Source of the DNA: Eledone cirrhosa
Lineage: Eukaryota
Direction: 5' to 3'
Assembly: GCA_964016885.1 (NCBI GenBank)
Contig: OZ024755.1
Coordinates: 37,324,001-37,388,000 of the forward strand
Length of the DNA: 64,000 nucleotides
The notes under the pieces: model-generated
What the model saw: the letters and a program-made list of their open reading frames with translations, nothing else
What the model was told of the DNA's origin: nothing
The model's database searches: none
Made by a program: the position numbers and the translations under genes
Part shown: piece after piece, positions 41,504 to 53,998 of the stretch
How the letters are laid out: each line of letters begins with the position of its first letter
Position numbering within the stretch: the stretch's first letter is position 1

Positions 41504-41840
41504 CAAAGAGTTATTTAATTTGCTGGTTATTCAATAAATGTATTTATAAAAGATTCGAAGCCCTCTACAGTTTTCTTCTGGAGTATAATATCAATAATAT
41601 TAATAAATGGAAACTCTCTTTATAAAACCATATTTATTTTATTCAAGGTTACCAAAATTTTGGTACGCCCTCATCAGATAAAATACAAAAGTTGTTTTAT
41701 AAATAGTGTCATATCCCCAAAATGAGAACATATCGTTTTAAGTTCCGTTTGACTATTCAAACAGAACTTAAAACGATAAGTTCTTGTCTTTTTGGATATG
41801 TCATTATTTGTATATCAACTTTTGTATTTTATCTGATGAG
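41503..41840. mobile_element. Family A module (minus) with short inverted arm ending at CTGATGAG
   Basis: ctcatcagataaaatacaaaagttg (41670-41694) vs caacttttgtattttatctgatgag (41816-41840). Confidence 0.7.
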
Positions 41841-42742
41841 TGCTCACACGACTTCACCCAGCTCTCATCCTTGTTCTCGTTCCCGTTGTAACACTTGTCC
41901 TTTCATTTTCACCCTCACCACTCTCACAGGCCCCAGCAGGTCATTCCGTATCCACCAGTCCTTCACCTCCACCCACGTTGTCTATGTCCTCCGGTCTTCC
42001 CTTTGCGGGTCCTTATACATCGGACAAACGGGACGCCGTTTGGTGGACAGTTTTGATGAACAGGACTGAACAGAGTCTGATTTACCGCCTTGAGTCCTCA
42101 ACTCAATTTCTTTAACGTCCCGTCCGTTATCACACACGTGCTTGTACATTCACCCCTAGATTCCTATGGCTCTCTTATGGTCAGAAACATATACTCTTAC
42201 AGCTAATACAGACCAACAAAATACGCACACTCCACTTTTCCCTTCACAGCTCTGTATAAACACACACCCTGATAATAACATACTTTTGCTCATAGCTTCG
42301 TACTTACAAACACACACACATTTATTTTCATATACATACACATATCCTCTTAGCTTCGTCCGGACGTATAATAACAGACACACATACACACGCGCACAAG
42401 TATAGCACTTTATACAAAACGTTTTTTTTTTCCATTTTAGATAGACGCGCTCCATCATCTACTTTTCTAAAAAAATATATCATACACAAAACGCCAGAAT
42501 CAACAGTTTTCCAAGAGATGCAACATGAATGGACCTATTATTTTTATCTAAAGACATTTTTTCCAATTCTACCATGCCCGTCCTTTCAATCTATTTAATT
42601 TCTAATTTTTTATTTTGGTGAAGGACTAGAGTCCGAAACGTTAAGACCCTCTTCCTGTTATTTCAAGCGTTAACCTAATATATTCCTTCCATATACTGTA
42701 CCGATTGTGTTGTTATTTCTGTTTACCTTTTACATACATACA
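41841..42742 (+). mobile_element. Penelope-type GIY-YIG fragment plus 3' UTR and degenerate hammerhead (42617-42655)
   Basis: PCSRSRCNTCPFI..FTSTHVVYVLRSSLCGSLYIGQTGRRL; TTGGTGA-A-GGAC-TAGA-GTCC-GAAACGTTAAGA. Confidence 0.8.
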
Positions 42743-43099
42743 TATACACAAGAGTTCATTTGTCAGTCTCCTTCTCAACAAGGAAAATGAAAAAACTTAC
42801 CTCAACACTTAATTTAAAATCTTTAATGTTTAATTTTTAATCCTTATAATACTCAACATTTGATGAGATGAATTTTACTAATACATCTAAACTGGTGATA
42901 CGTTATATACTTTATATACATTATAAAACTCTTTTTTTAAATAATTGTCCCTCTCATGTTTTCAATAATGTCACTTTGACGAATCAAAGAAAGGAAAAAA
43001 AAAAAAGGAAAACAGACCCTTTAATATATTTTCAGTGCTATTTTCAATTTCACCTCTCTCTCGCTCTCATATCTCATATATATATATATATATATATAT

Positions 43100-43180
43100 A
43101 AGTTATTCGGGGTTGAATGGGAGTTAACCAGATGATGATTTCGCACGAATGAAACAGTTCTATTCCTGTAGAAGCTCTTA
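43100..43180 (+). mobile_element. Family E short module with degenerate hammerhead
   Basis: ATGATGA-tttc-gcac-gaat-GAAA-CAG..CTG-TA-gaagct; TA flanks. Confidence 0.6.
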
Positions 43181-43199
43181 TATATATATATATATATAT

Positions 43200-43444
43200 T
43201 CCGTCGGAAAAGTCCAGGAAAAAAGAGTGCTCTATGTAGGTAACAGAGCTTAATAGTTATGCAATAAACAACATAAGACAATTATTCCATTCACCAGTGG
43301 TTTCTTAAAAGCAAAAAATGTTGCTTTCAATCATCAGAATGATGATAGATTTTTTCATTCTGATGATTGAAAGCAAAATTCTTTGCTTTTAAGAAACCAC
43401 TGGTAAATGGAATAATTGCCTTATGTTGTTTATTACATAACTAT
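43200..43444. mobile_element. Fold-back module with two divergent hammerheads (43288-43341 minus; 43356-43409 plus)
   Basis: CATT-CTGATGA-t-tgaaagcaaa..tttgctttta-a-GAAA-CCACTGG-TA-AATG; arms 43253-43342 / 43355-43444. Confidence 0.85.
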
Positions 43445-43732
43445 ATATATTCAGGTTTGAGGTTCACCACTGGATAGAGCTGGTCAATTCCGTATGGTCA
43501 ATCTTAATGTAATAATATGGAGATTACTCAATGTAAAGCAGTTCAACCGTCTTTGTTTTTGTAGTTGGTGGTGCTATTACGGAGTTAAATATTATAATGA
43601 AATGACAGGAGGCTGGACTTGTGTAAATCCTTGAAAGGTTGAGGGCGACCGGCAAAGGTGGAAGATGCTGGATGGCGGTCGTCCTCGGGTCTTTGATTTT
43701 CAGCCCCATGGATTTTATCCATTACATTCACT

Positions 43733-43790
<58 letters not shown>

Positions 43791-43792
<2 letters not shown>

Positions 43793-43984
43793 GTAGGTCC
43801 CGGGTTGAGTCGGGGGTAACCACAGTAAGTAAGGTACTCAATACATGGCAGAGTAAAGATTTTTTTATTTTATAGAAGGAGCTTTTACAGGACTAGTACT
43901 GTTTCATTCAGATGAAATCTTCAGGAAGCTCCTGAAGATTTCATCTGAATGAAACAGTACTAGTCCTGTAGAAGCTCCTTCTAT

Positions 43985-43988
<4 letters not shown>
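43791..43988. mobile_element. Family E fold-back module with two divergent hammerheads
   Basis: Arms 43868-43926 / 43930-43988 with 3-nt loop; CTGAAGA-tttc-atct-gaat-GAAA-CAG-tactagtc-CTG-TA. Confidence 0.88.
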
Positions 43989-44014
<26 letters not shown>

Positions 44015-44015
<1 letters not shown>

Positions 44016-44640
44016 TAACCTGTGTATTTGCTGGCATTAGCGTACATCTGTGCGCTTATGTTAGTTGATATATTAAATTATCTCTATTTATCTCCAAATC
44101 ACTGATTTGTCGAGCAAACCTGCCAAAACCACTTCTAAATTTTTTTTGGGGGGTGTTAGTAGGCGTCTGTCATCTTACCATCCCATTCCTACTGACTAGC
44201 CCCTGTGTCACGTGATTGATTCTTTAGAATCGGCCATTTGACTAGAGGCAGTGAGGATTTCAGTGCATGGAATTTAGTCCCCGCTAGCTGTTCCATCTAC
44301 CGAATTATTATTATTTTTATATGAGCCCCCAGTGTCCGCGCATTGCCTGGAGACTTAGCTGAGAATAGACTCCCTGATGACGCAATGAATTCTCGACAGT
44401 TAGATTACGTAACTGTCTTTATCCCATTGCAGAAACTAATTAGTTGGAGTGAAAATTTAAGTAAGTAAGTTAAAATTTAAAAAAAAATTTTTTTTAAAAG
44501 ATTTTCTTATTTTACGTCTTTTATATTATTGTTCTGCATCCTCCTGCATTGAACCACCTAGGTACTATGACATAACCTGTGTATTTGCTGGCATTAGCGT
44601 ACATCTGTGCGCTTATGTTAGTTGATATATTAAATTATCT
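44015..44640 (+). mobile_element. Retrozyme/pLTR-like unit: 69-bp identical direct terminal repeats (period 557) with hammerhead 44369-44450
   Basis: 44015-44083 = 44572-44640; ACTCC-CTGATGA-c-GCAATG..CATTGC-a-GAAA-CTAATTAG-TT-GGAGT; TA flanks. Confidence 0.85.
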
Positions 44641-44649
44641 ATATATATA

Positions 44650-44783
44650 TAACGAAGGAAATGTGGTAAGGAACCAGGTGGACCATAACGCACCAAAGTA
44701 CTCAATACTTGAGGCAGTAGAGTGGGTAATAGGAACCAGTAAGACCCCGACAGCTGAGCTCAGCTGTCGGGGTCTTACTGGTT

Positions 44784-44790
<7 letters not shown>
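44650..44790. mobile_element. Family C fold-back module (perfect palindrome centred on GAGCTC ~44758)
   Basis: ataggaaccagtaagaccccgacagctgag|ctcagctgtcggggtcttactggttcctat. Confidence 0.85.
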
Positions 44791-44840
<50 letters not shown>

Positions 44841-44966
44841 TTTTACTCTTTTACCTGTTCCAGCCATCCGGCTGAGGCCATGCTATTAAAATAACAGATT
44901 AAAGTTTAAGCAAAGAATAGCTGCTTTCACCCTTTGGAATTTAGTCTTCCCATTTATTATTATTAC

Positions 44967-45017
<51 letters not shown>

Positions 45018-45439
45018 AACATCACATTCACTTTATCACTGTCTCAATCTATCTCTTTTTTGCAGAGCGAACGTCTTAACCAAAGCCTCATTCTTGTACA
45101 CACTTTTTACGTATTGTTTCATAATGTCCAACAGCCACTTTCACCTGTCCCATTTAAGTATGAATAAGATAACATCTTCAGAACTAATTCAGAAACGAAT
45201 CTAGTGGGAAATAAGAGCTAAAACGAGAAATGTTATGAAAAATAGTATCAAACTAAAGATAGCAGATAATTTTGCAGCCGAGATATTGCATAACCTACTG
45301 ATGTGAGATATGATAAAGAATTATTCAATCTACCTACTGTGATATTTTATATGGTAGGTGCAGGATTCTAAAAAAGATATGGTCAAACATATTCAGGAAA
45401 AAACATTACGACATAAGTGTTTTGATAATTCATATTCAA

Positions 45440-45700
45440 GCACAGACATGAAACACACACACAAAAAAAAAACGTACCACAAAACAAACAAAGAAACGAT
45501 GAAGTAGAAGTTTAAGACAAGGAAAAAGAGGAGGAACAAAACCGATAATCATTGAGGAGGTCACAGAATGTGTGACGAAAAAAAATTGAAAAACAAATGT
45601 ATAATGAACAACAAAGATAGAGTGAAAATGATATGGTGCGTGTGTTTCTTTCTATAGGCAAGGAGCTCGCAAAAATTATTAAGACAAACAGATTACTCGA
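45440..45700 (+). mobile_element. Decayed pLTR related to the Neptune-like element 3' end
   Basis: TTGAGGA-GGTCACAGAATGTGTGAC-GAAA and ggtgcgtgtgtttctt shared with 24807-24970. Confidence 0.65.
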
Positions 45701-45940
45701 AAGTAGGACAAACATTTCAGAAAAATAGAAAATTGAGATTCAGCATGTATTTATAGATTCATTATCATTAATTTAATCAATTTAAATGTCTGTATAGAAC
45801 TAGTAAGCCATGACATACTGAAAAGGATATCTTGTACATTTTATAATTAAGAAACATAAATCAGTAGATAGTGAGAGAGAGAGAGAGACAGAATAAAGAG
45901 AGAGTAAAGAGAGAGAGAAATATAGAGAGTATAGAGAGAG

Positions 45941-45984
<44 letters not shown>

Positions 45985-46176
45985 GAGAGAGTAAAAAGAC
46001 AAAAGAGGCAAAAATAAGAATGCTACCTTCAAACTCGTCTAAGCGCCTAATGACTAGGTAAAAAATTTAATTGCCCTTACAATCTGGGGAGAGATGGTCA
46101 AAATTGACCCTAGAAACCTTAAATAGCGCTTTTGTTCCCTGTATGAACATAAATGAATAATATAGTATAGAATATA

Positions 46177-46732
<556 letters not shown>

Positions 46733-46734
<2 letters not shown>

Positions 46735-46914
46735 CGAAGGAAATGTGGTAAGGAACCAGATGGACCATAACGCACCAAAGTACTCAATACTTAGGGTAGT
46801 AGAGTGGGTAATAGGAACAAGTATGACCCCGACGGCAGAGCTCAAGCCGTTTCGACGGCTAATTCTGGACTCAGAAACGGCTTGAGCTCTGCTGTCGGGG
46901 TCATACTTGTTCCT
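46733..46914. mobile_element. Family C fold-back module
   Basis: Arms 46811-46853 / 46874-46916. Confidence 0.85.
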
Positions 46915-46988
46915 ATATATATATATATATATATGTATATGATATATATATATGATTTTGCCTGAGAAAATATCTCTATGTATACATA

Positions 46989-47180
46989 AATAATTGTTTC
47001 TACGTTTGGCACAAGGCCAGTAATTACCCAGTGCATTACTGGTACTTTATTTTATCGACCCCGTAAGAACGAAAGGCAAAGTTAACCTCGGCGGGATTTG
47101 AACTCAGAATGGCAAAGGCCGTAACTCTATGCGTCAAAGCATGGCGTCCGACCCTCTACCGATACTGCCAATCCACCACC
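46989..47180 (-). mobile_element. tRNA-derived SINE
   Basis: Same family. Confidence 0.85.
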
Positions 47181-47754
47181 TATGTGGTCTATGTATACAT
47201 AAATAATACGTACATATATTTATTTTTTTAATATCCAGTTGAGTTCTTAACACGTGGTTTGAATTCCTAACAGAGTTCAATGACCTGCCTGGATATTATT
47301 TTATATTTTACGATAACCTCCCCTTCCCATTTGGGAACAGTGTGAAATTTCTTTTGAAGGACTGCTGGACTTTCAAACTTAGCGGTTCTTCTAACACTGA
47401 CGGTGACAATCGCTAAATATTAATATCGATATAGTTTTATATATTGATATTACCCGGGCATTCCACTGATGAATTATAAGAGCCCAACTGCATGGAAATC
47501 TGTTGATCATATGCAGGCTTCTACATAACTTGGACATTATTCTCCCACCTTGTAGAAATCTTATAACGAAACGATCGTATGGAAAGTGAGATTTATTTAA
47601 TTATGTCTCATATAAAATAATACAGCCAACTATCCACGGAATACAATATAGTTAGCACCCCAAACGTAAAATTGGGATTATACTTAGGTATTTCCTAATG
47701 TTTGTTGAGTGAGATGGAAGTTGGTCGGAGTATCACTAAAAGCTTTCTCTGTTA

Positions 47755-47796
<42 letters not shown>

Positions 47797-47798
<2 letters not shown>

Positions 47799-48216
47799 GA
47801 TATTAAACAAATGGAAACTATATTTATAAAACCATATTTATTTCGTTATATATATTTCTGGGATATCATATTAAAAATATGTTATGCCTTCCTCAGACAA
47901 TACAACGAGTAAATATTTTATAACTGATATAAAAGCACTCAACAGTTTCTGGAGTAGGTTTACGATATTAAACAAATGGAAACTATATTTATAAAACCAT
48001 ATTTATTTCGTTATATATATTTCTGGGATATCATATTCAAAATATGTTATGCCTTCCTCAGACAACATATATATATAACGAAATAAATATGGTTTTATAA
48101 ATATAGTTTCCATTTGTTTAATATCGTAAACCTACTCCAGAAACTGTTGAGTGCTTTTATATCAGTTATAAAATATTTACTCGTTGTAACCCAACAATCT
48201 TAAATAAAACTTTTGC
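47797..48216. mobile_element. Family A composite: two direct minus-strand copies plus an inverted copy
   Basis: 47797-47900 ~ 47961-48065; 48070-48187 is the reverse complement of 47903-48020; CTGAGGA..GAAA cores. Confidence 0.8.
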
Positions 48217-48688
48217 ATATATATATATATATATATATTTATACTATATTATATTTCGAGTTATAAACTCAAACAGTCCTTTACAATTAATTAGCTCAAA
48301 GAAAGAAGCATTTCTGAGCCGTGAAATACAAGTTAAGTCGAGGTGAAACACGCTAATTTTCTGGATACCTGCCGATGACCACAGAAATTGGAATCTTTCA
48401 CTTTTTTAAATTATCGTTGCGAAACTTATTTGGGTTTTGAAATTTAAATTTGTCTGCGGAACCGGTTTGGATTTTGAAATTTAAATTTGTCCGGGTATCA
48501 CGGTTATTGCCAATATGGGTTTGTTTTTATTGATTTATTATTTTAAATCGAGACAGGCAAACTGTATTAATTTAACTAGTATTTTTCAATCTAGCTAACT
48601 TGTTCATTTATAATGCAAACACTTATATATTGGTGTTTATCATATATTAATTTATATTAACTTGTATATATATTTATATATATATATG

Positions 48689-48927
48689 TTAGAGGTGAGT
48701 TTCATTGTAGCAAAATAAAGCAATGCAGATATCGGATAAATAGTACTCTACAGTTTGTAGGACTGGAGTATAAATAATATAAGATCAAAAGATGGTTAAA
48801 AGAGTTCCAAGTATTTTATTATACGCATTTCAAAAACAAATATCATCATGGGATGATATCTGCGTTTTCATCAGTGCATTACTGGTACTTTATTTTATCG
48901 ACTCCGTAAGGATGAAAGGCAAAGTCA
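48689..48927 (-). mobile_element. Family B module joined at the HHR core to a SINE fragment (48872-48927)
   Basis: ..gcgttttcat-cag-tgcattactggtactttatttt; CAG shared at the junction. Confidence 0.75.
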
Positions 48928-48989
48928 AAATAAATAATGAATCAATATTACATAATTTATCTACTAAATTTCATGGCTGTCGATTAAAT

Positions 48990-49310
48990 ATATTTTGTTT
49001 ATTTAAAGATTCACTTCTTTAAAATTTATGCGAAAATTTAAGCGAATGCCAACACTTCCGGTTGGCCATCGCTTAAATAAACATATTAATTTTCTGTCAC
49101 TAATTTTCTCCTAGTGCAGTTTATATATAATATCGTCTTTTTTTAATGTATCATGGATTACTTTACTGATTACCTAAGACAGTGTAACGCAGTGTTCGTT
49201 CAATTTCTGTGTATTATATATTGTCAATTACGATTATATTTGATGTATCATATCTACATGTATATATACCTGCGTATAATATCATATACACACTACACAT
49301 GCTAGCAGAA
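48990..49310. repeat. Dispersed repeat, second copy 54505-54866
   Basis: aagattcacttctttaaaattt..aatgtatcatggattactttactgattac..tacacactacacatgctagcagaaaa shared. Confidence 0.8.
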
Positions 49311-49339
49311 AACCACCCGAATGGTGGTTTTTCTGCTAT

Positions 49340-49505
49340 TGATGTTAATAAATGGAAACTATATTTATAAAACCATATTTATTTTATTATATATATTTCA
49401 AGGGTACCAAAATTTTGGTACACCCTAATCAGATAAAATACAAAATTTGTTTTATAAATGGTGACATATCCAAGCAACCAGACCTTATCGGTTCAGGTTC
49501 AGTTT
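49340..49505 (-). mobile_element. Family A module, HHR core mutated (CTGATTA)
   Basis: Homology to 41595-41720 and 10790-10890. Confidence 0.7.
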
Positions 49506-49599
49506 GGATAGAGAGATAGATCGATTACTCTTCTCGTCTCTGTTATTTACCATCATCTTCACATATCGTTGTTGGTTTCATCATCTCTCCTACGTCTTT

Positions 49600-49732
49600 C
49601 TCTCTACCTCTCTCTCTCACTCTCACATCTCTCTCTCAGTAGATTTATCTCCCTTGTTACCTCCCCTCTCCTCTGTTAAATATCTCCCCATATGTTTACT
49701 TGGAGCAGAACTGACTGACAATGACTGCCAGC

Positions 49733-49770
<38 letters not shown>

Positions 49771-50053
49771 CTCTCTCTCTCCCTCTCACATCTCTCTCTC
49801 AGTAGATTTATCTCCCTTGTTACCTCCCCTCTCCTCTGTTAAATATCTCCCCATATGTTTACTTGAAGCAGAACTGACTGACAATGACTGCCAGCCGCTC
49901 TCTCTCTCTCTCTCTCTCTACCTCTCTCTCTCCCTCTCACATCTCTCTCTCAGTAGATTTATCTCCCTTGTTACCTCCCCTCTCCTCTGTTAAATATCTC
50001 CACATATGTTTACCTGGAACAGAACTGGCTGACAATGAGTGCCAGCCGCTCTC
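49600..50053. repeat. Three tandem ~150-160-bp units with internal (CT)n
   Basis: cagtagatttatctcccttgttacc at 49637, 49800, 49951. Confidence 0.9.
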
Positions 50054-50418
50054 TTGTCATGTATTGTTGAAATCAATAATAAAGAGATACCCACCATATC
50101 TCGAGAGACTTTGCTGAAGTGATTCACACAACACGCAATTCCATTCACAAACACCATTACTTTCGTTAACGGCGACCATTTTATAACCAGCCAATGAACT
50201 GGATATTTGTTTCACAAACGACATTTTACCTGGCTTTCTTTACTTTGTATGTTTTCTGTTCTGTTTGTTCATGGATATGTTGATTATTCATTTGCTTTTG
50301 CTTACATTGTTATCACCTTCTCATTGACTTGTTGTTGTTGTGTGCGTGTGTGTGTATGTGTATGTGAGTGTATGTGTGTATATATGTGTGTATCTGTATA
50401 TGTGTCTATGTGTATCTA

Positions 50419-50455
<37 letters not shown>

Positions 50456-51619
50456 GTGTGTATGTGTATGTGTGTATATGTATGTGTGTGTGTGTTGTGT
50501 GTCTATGTGTGTATGTGTGAGTGTGTATATATATATATATGTATGTGTATGTATGTACGTATATGTATATGTATATATGTGTGTGCGTGTTGTTTTTGGA
50601 GTTCTTTTTTTTACTTTTCTATTGTTCAGTTTTTTGGTTTTCTTTCTTTCAAAAGAAAGATACCAACTTGGTTAATTTGAAACTATGGCGATAGAAAATG
50701 GTGGATTATTGATACATGTTGTGAACAGATAGTTATTGACAGCAAGAAGCTAGAATATTAACTTGTTTCTTTATCAAGCAAACAATATAAACTTGTTGAG
50801 GTTCTAATATTCTATTGATATTTTATACCCCCTGTTGATTGATTGCTGATTTCATTCGATCGTATTTACCAGTTCCATTTGCGAGTATTTATGTTTCTGC
50901 AATGTTGTGTCGGTTAAGGCAAAATATATACACCCACTTTACATTAGCTCTTGTCCTTTTTATTACAATATCATAATATTAATAATAAAAGAACCCGTTT
51001 AGCATGGCATGTATCTTCAAACGTATCTTCAAACGTACATTGTACACAAAAGCAGCCTTTATTTATTACCAAGATATTCCAAATAGAAATTGCAGTCAGC
51101 GTATGATGGGTACTTAATAGTAGGGACGAGAGTTCTAAAGGCTGAGTACGATATATTCACAGCTTTCAACGGTAATTATCAGATCCTATTTGTAGAATTA
51201 TAGATCCCAGATAACTATGGTAGGTTTTTAACTAGAGTGTATAGAAGGTTTTAAGTAATGCTTGCTTTTGTCCACCGTGTATTTTGGACAAGAGCGATCT
51301 ATATTTGAGATATGACAGTCAGTGAAACACCGACTTCTAACATATATAGTTTCTTTCTTTTCCTTTACTAGTTTCCCTCATAGAACTACGCTTATATTGG
51401 GGCTGAAAGTTTTACCCAAACATATCGATCCCATTAATTATTTTAAAATCAGATACTTCTTTCATCGATCTATATCTGGTGATCCCCTAAGTAACAGAGA
51501 ATAACAAAACAAAAAAAAACAGATACAAACACGGACACACACGTGTGTATTTGAGAGAGATGGGGGAGAGAGAGAGAGAGAGTGGGAAGAGAGAGAGAGA
51601 AGAGAGAGGGAGAGTGGGG

Positions 51620-51651
<32 letters not shown>

Positions 51652-52089
51652 GAGAGGAAAGAGAGAAGAGAAGAGAAGAGAGAAAGAGGGAGAGAGAGAG
51701 TGGGGGTAGAGGGAGAGAGAGAGTGGGGGTAGAGGGAGAGAGAGAGTGGGGGTAGAGGGAGAGAGATGGAGAGAGAGGGAGAGAGAGGGAGAGGGAGAGA
51801 GAGAGAAATATGACCGAATATGCTTTAACTCGTCAACAAAACATTCAGAAAACACCGTAAACCAAACGCTGCTACGCACCATTAACTCGCATTGGACCAA
51901 GCCACATCCCTAAATTCCACAAACACACCACAGAGGGAAACACCAGCCACCAAATGGAGAAGACTGATGTTATCAAGTAACAGCTCTTATAACACGTAGT
52001 TTCTGTTTGATAAAACTATAATTATCTGCAGCGACCACAACTCCATTATGTGAAAAGCCGTAATCCAGCTTTTCCTTACGTCCCTCAAC

Positions 52090-52430
52090 TATAAACTCCC
52101 CGAAACTAACCACCGAGACACAATAAGGTTTAAAGTGTAGTAATGCGCTAGCATCAGCATTTGGTAATTAGAAGAAGGGGGTGGGTGTAGTTTTAAAAGC
52201 CAAACTCGCCATCTTCAATTTGGTATCCGTGCCAACCTTTACATATTGTCATGAATCTTGGGTAATGACCGAAATACGTTGATCGTGAAAACAAGCGGCC
52301 GACATAAGGTTCCTCCAAAGGGTCTTTGGAATAACATTACTTGATAGAGTGCATTAGTTCGGAAATCAGAGAGTCGCACCTGGTAGAATTATGAGATCAT
52401 TGCTCCGACAATACGGGCATATTTGGACAT
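52090..52430 (+). mobile_element. Highly decayed RTE-like LINE 3' fragment
   Basis: TYCHESWVMTE..QAADIRFLQRVFGITLLDRV. Confidence 0.55.
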
Positions 52431-53707
52431 CCCGTGGCGCAAACATGCGCTAAGGCTCAGGCATCTCCAGATATTCTGCCAAACGCTGAACAAGTGTGGT
52501 CGCCGTTTGTGAGACAGGCCTTTACGCAGCTCGTCTCATTGACTGAGCTGCAGTCCTGGGTCAAGAAGAGACCGAGACTGGGCGCCTGGCATCTGGAATG
52601 TTACCAAGCTCTCACTGCCCTCTACCAGGTGAGCAATGCAGTCAGTGGAACTTCCAATCTCGGGTTCTACAGATGATAAGTGGTAGACAACTACAACGAT
52701 TCAATCGGAGAGGCTCTGGGCGTTGATCAAGTCAAACTGAGTACTTTCGAGCCGGGGACTATGGGCAACTTCCAGAAATCCCTAACTTGGTACTGTTACC
52801 TGGGGGCACTGCCGGTTTGAGATGAACTATATATGCACGAAAGTGCTGTCAGACGGACCTGCCAGAGATGAGCGCAGAGCGACGAAACCGTTCAGTTTTA
52901 CTATTCATCGTTCCCGGGTCGATAAGATAAGTACAAATTGGAGACAGAAGTTGTTTGTATCAATTGTGACCAGCCAAAATAATTATTTTCGATACTGTGT
53001 ACACGTTAGAAATATCATTATAATTAAATGAAACTAAACTCCAATGAGAATAATTTTGTTGTACCAAAAAGATAATTAATTTTATATACTATTTCAGATA
53101 AATTATAGGCTGGGAATTTAATTACAAGTAATCTATTTAGGCGAGTATTTGTTTTGATAACTCAGTCAAACAGTCCATTGTATTGCTTCAGTTACATTTG
53201 CAAATTATGATATTTCTCTTCGTTATTCTAGAGAGATTTTTTAAATATTTTTTATATTATTTATTATTTTATTTTTCCTCAAGCATAACAACTAAGAGCT
53301 ATGTTTTGTTTTAAAATAGAAATTTATTTCTGAGAAACTTTGATTGAGTTCAGCCTTCTTTTTATTTATTTATTTATTCATTTAGCAAATTTCATGACTG
53401 GGAAATGATGTTAACGAACAATTGATATAGCAATGCGCCTTGAAGTTTCATTTACTTCCTGGTTGCTTTGACTCACTTTTACTCTTCGATCGACACAAAC
53501 AGAAATATGATCAGCTGAAACAGAAATTGCCGACATATTGTCTCTTCTGCACGTCTCACATCACACATAAACAGTATGGTATTCATAATTGGCATAAACC
53601 TACAAATAATCCTCATTAGCCTGGTAATTGTATCGAACATATCTAGGCTATATTTACCCGGTACAAAAGGACAATCATAGCTGAAACTACATAGTCATGA
53701 CCTAAGT

Positions 53708-53998
53708 CAGGCATGGGCAACTTTTTTCTAGAAGCGGGCCGCATGAGATATGGCTCATTATCAGGCGGGCCATAAACACTAATTTACATTCGTGCCCACA
53801 TTAAAAAAAAGGGCGGTAGCTCAGGTTGTTTTGATTTGTTTCTTCAGAATTTCTACACGTTGTTTTCCTCTATCGTAAAAATGATAGAAAGATAAATTAC
53901 GAATGAAAAGTTGGGGTAAAAAAATCAGAAAGATTTCACTTAGGTGACTTAGGCGAGATATTCAGAAAGCTTCTCGGGCTGCAGGTCGCCCATGACTG
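53708..53998 (+). mobile_element. Complete hAT(Charlie)-like MITE
   Basis: TIRs CAGGCATGGGCAAC / GTCGCCCATGACTG; imperfect 8-bp flanks acctaagt/gtttaagt. Confidence 0.75.
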
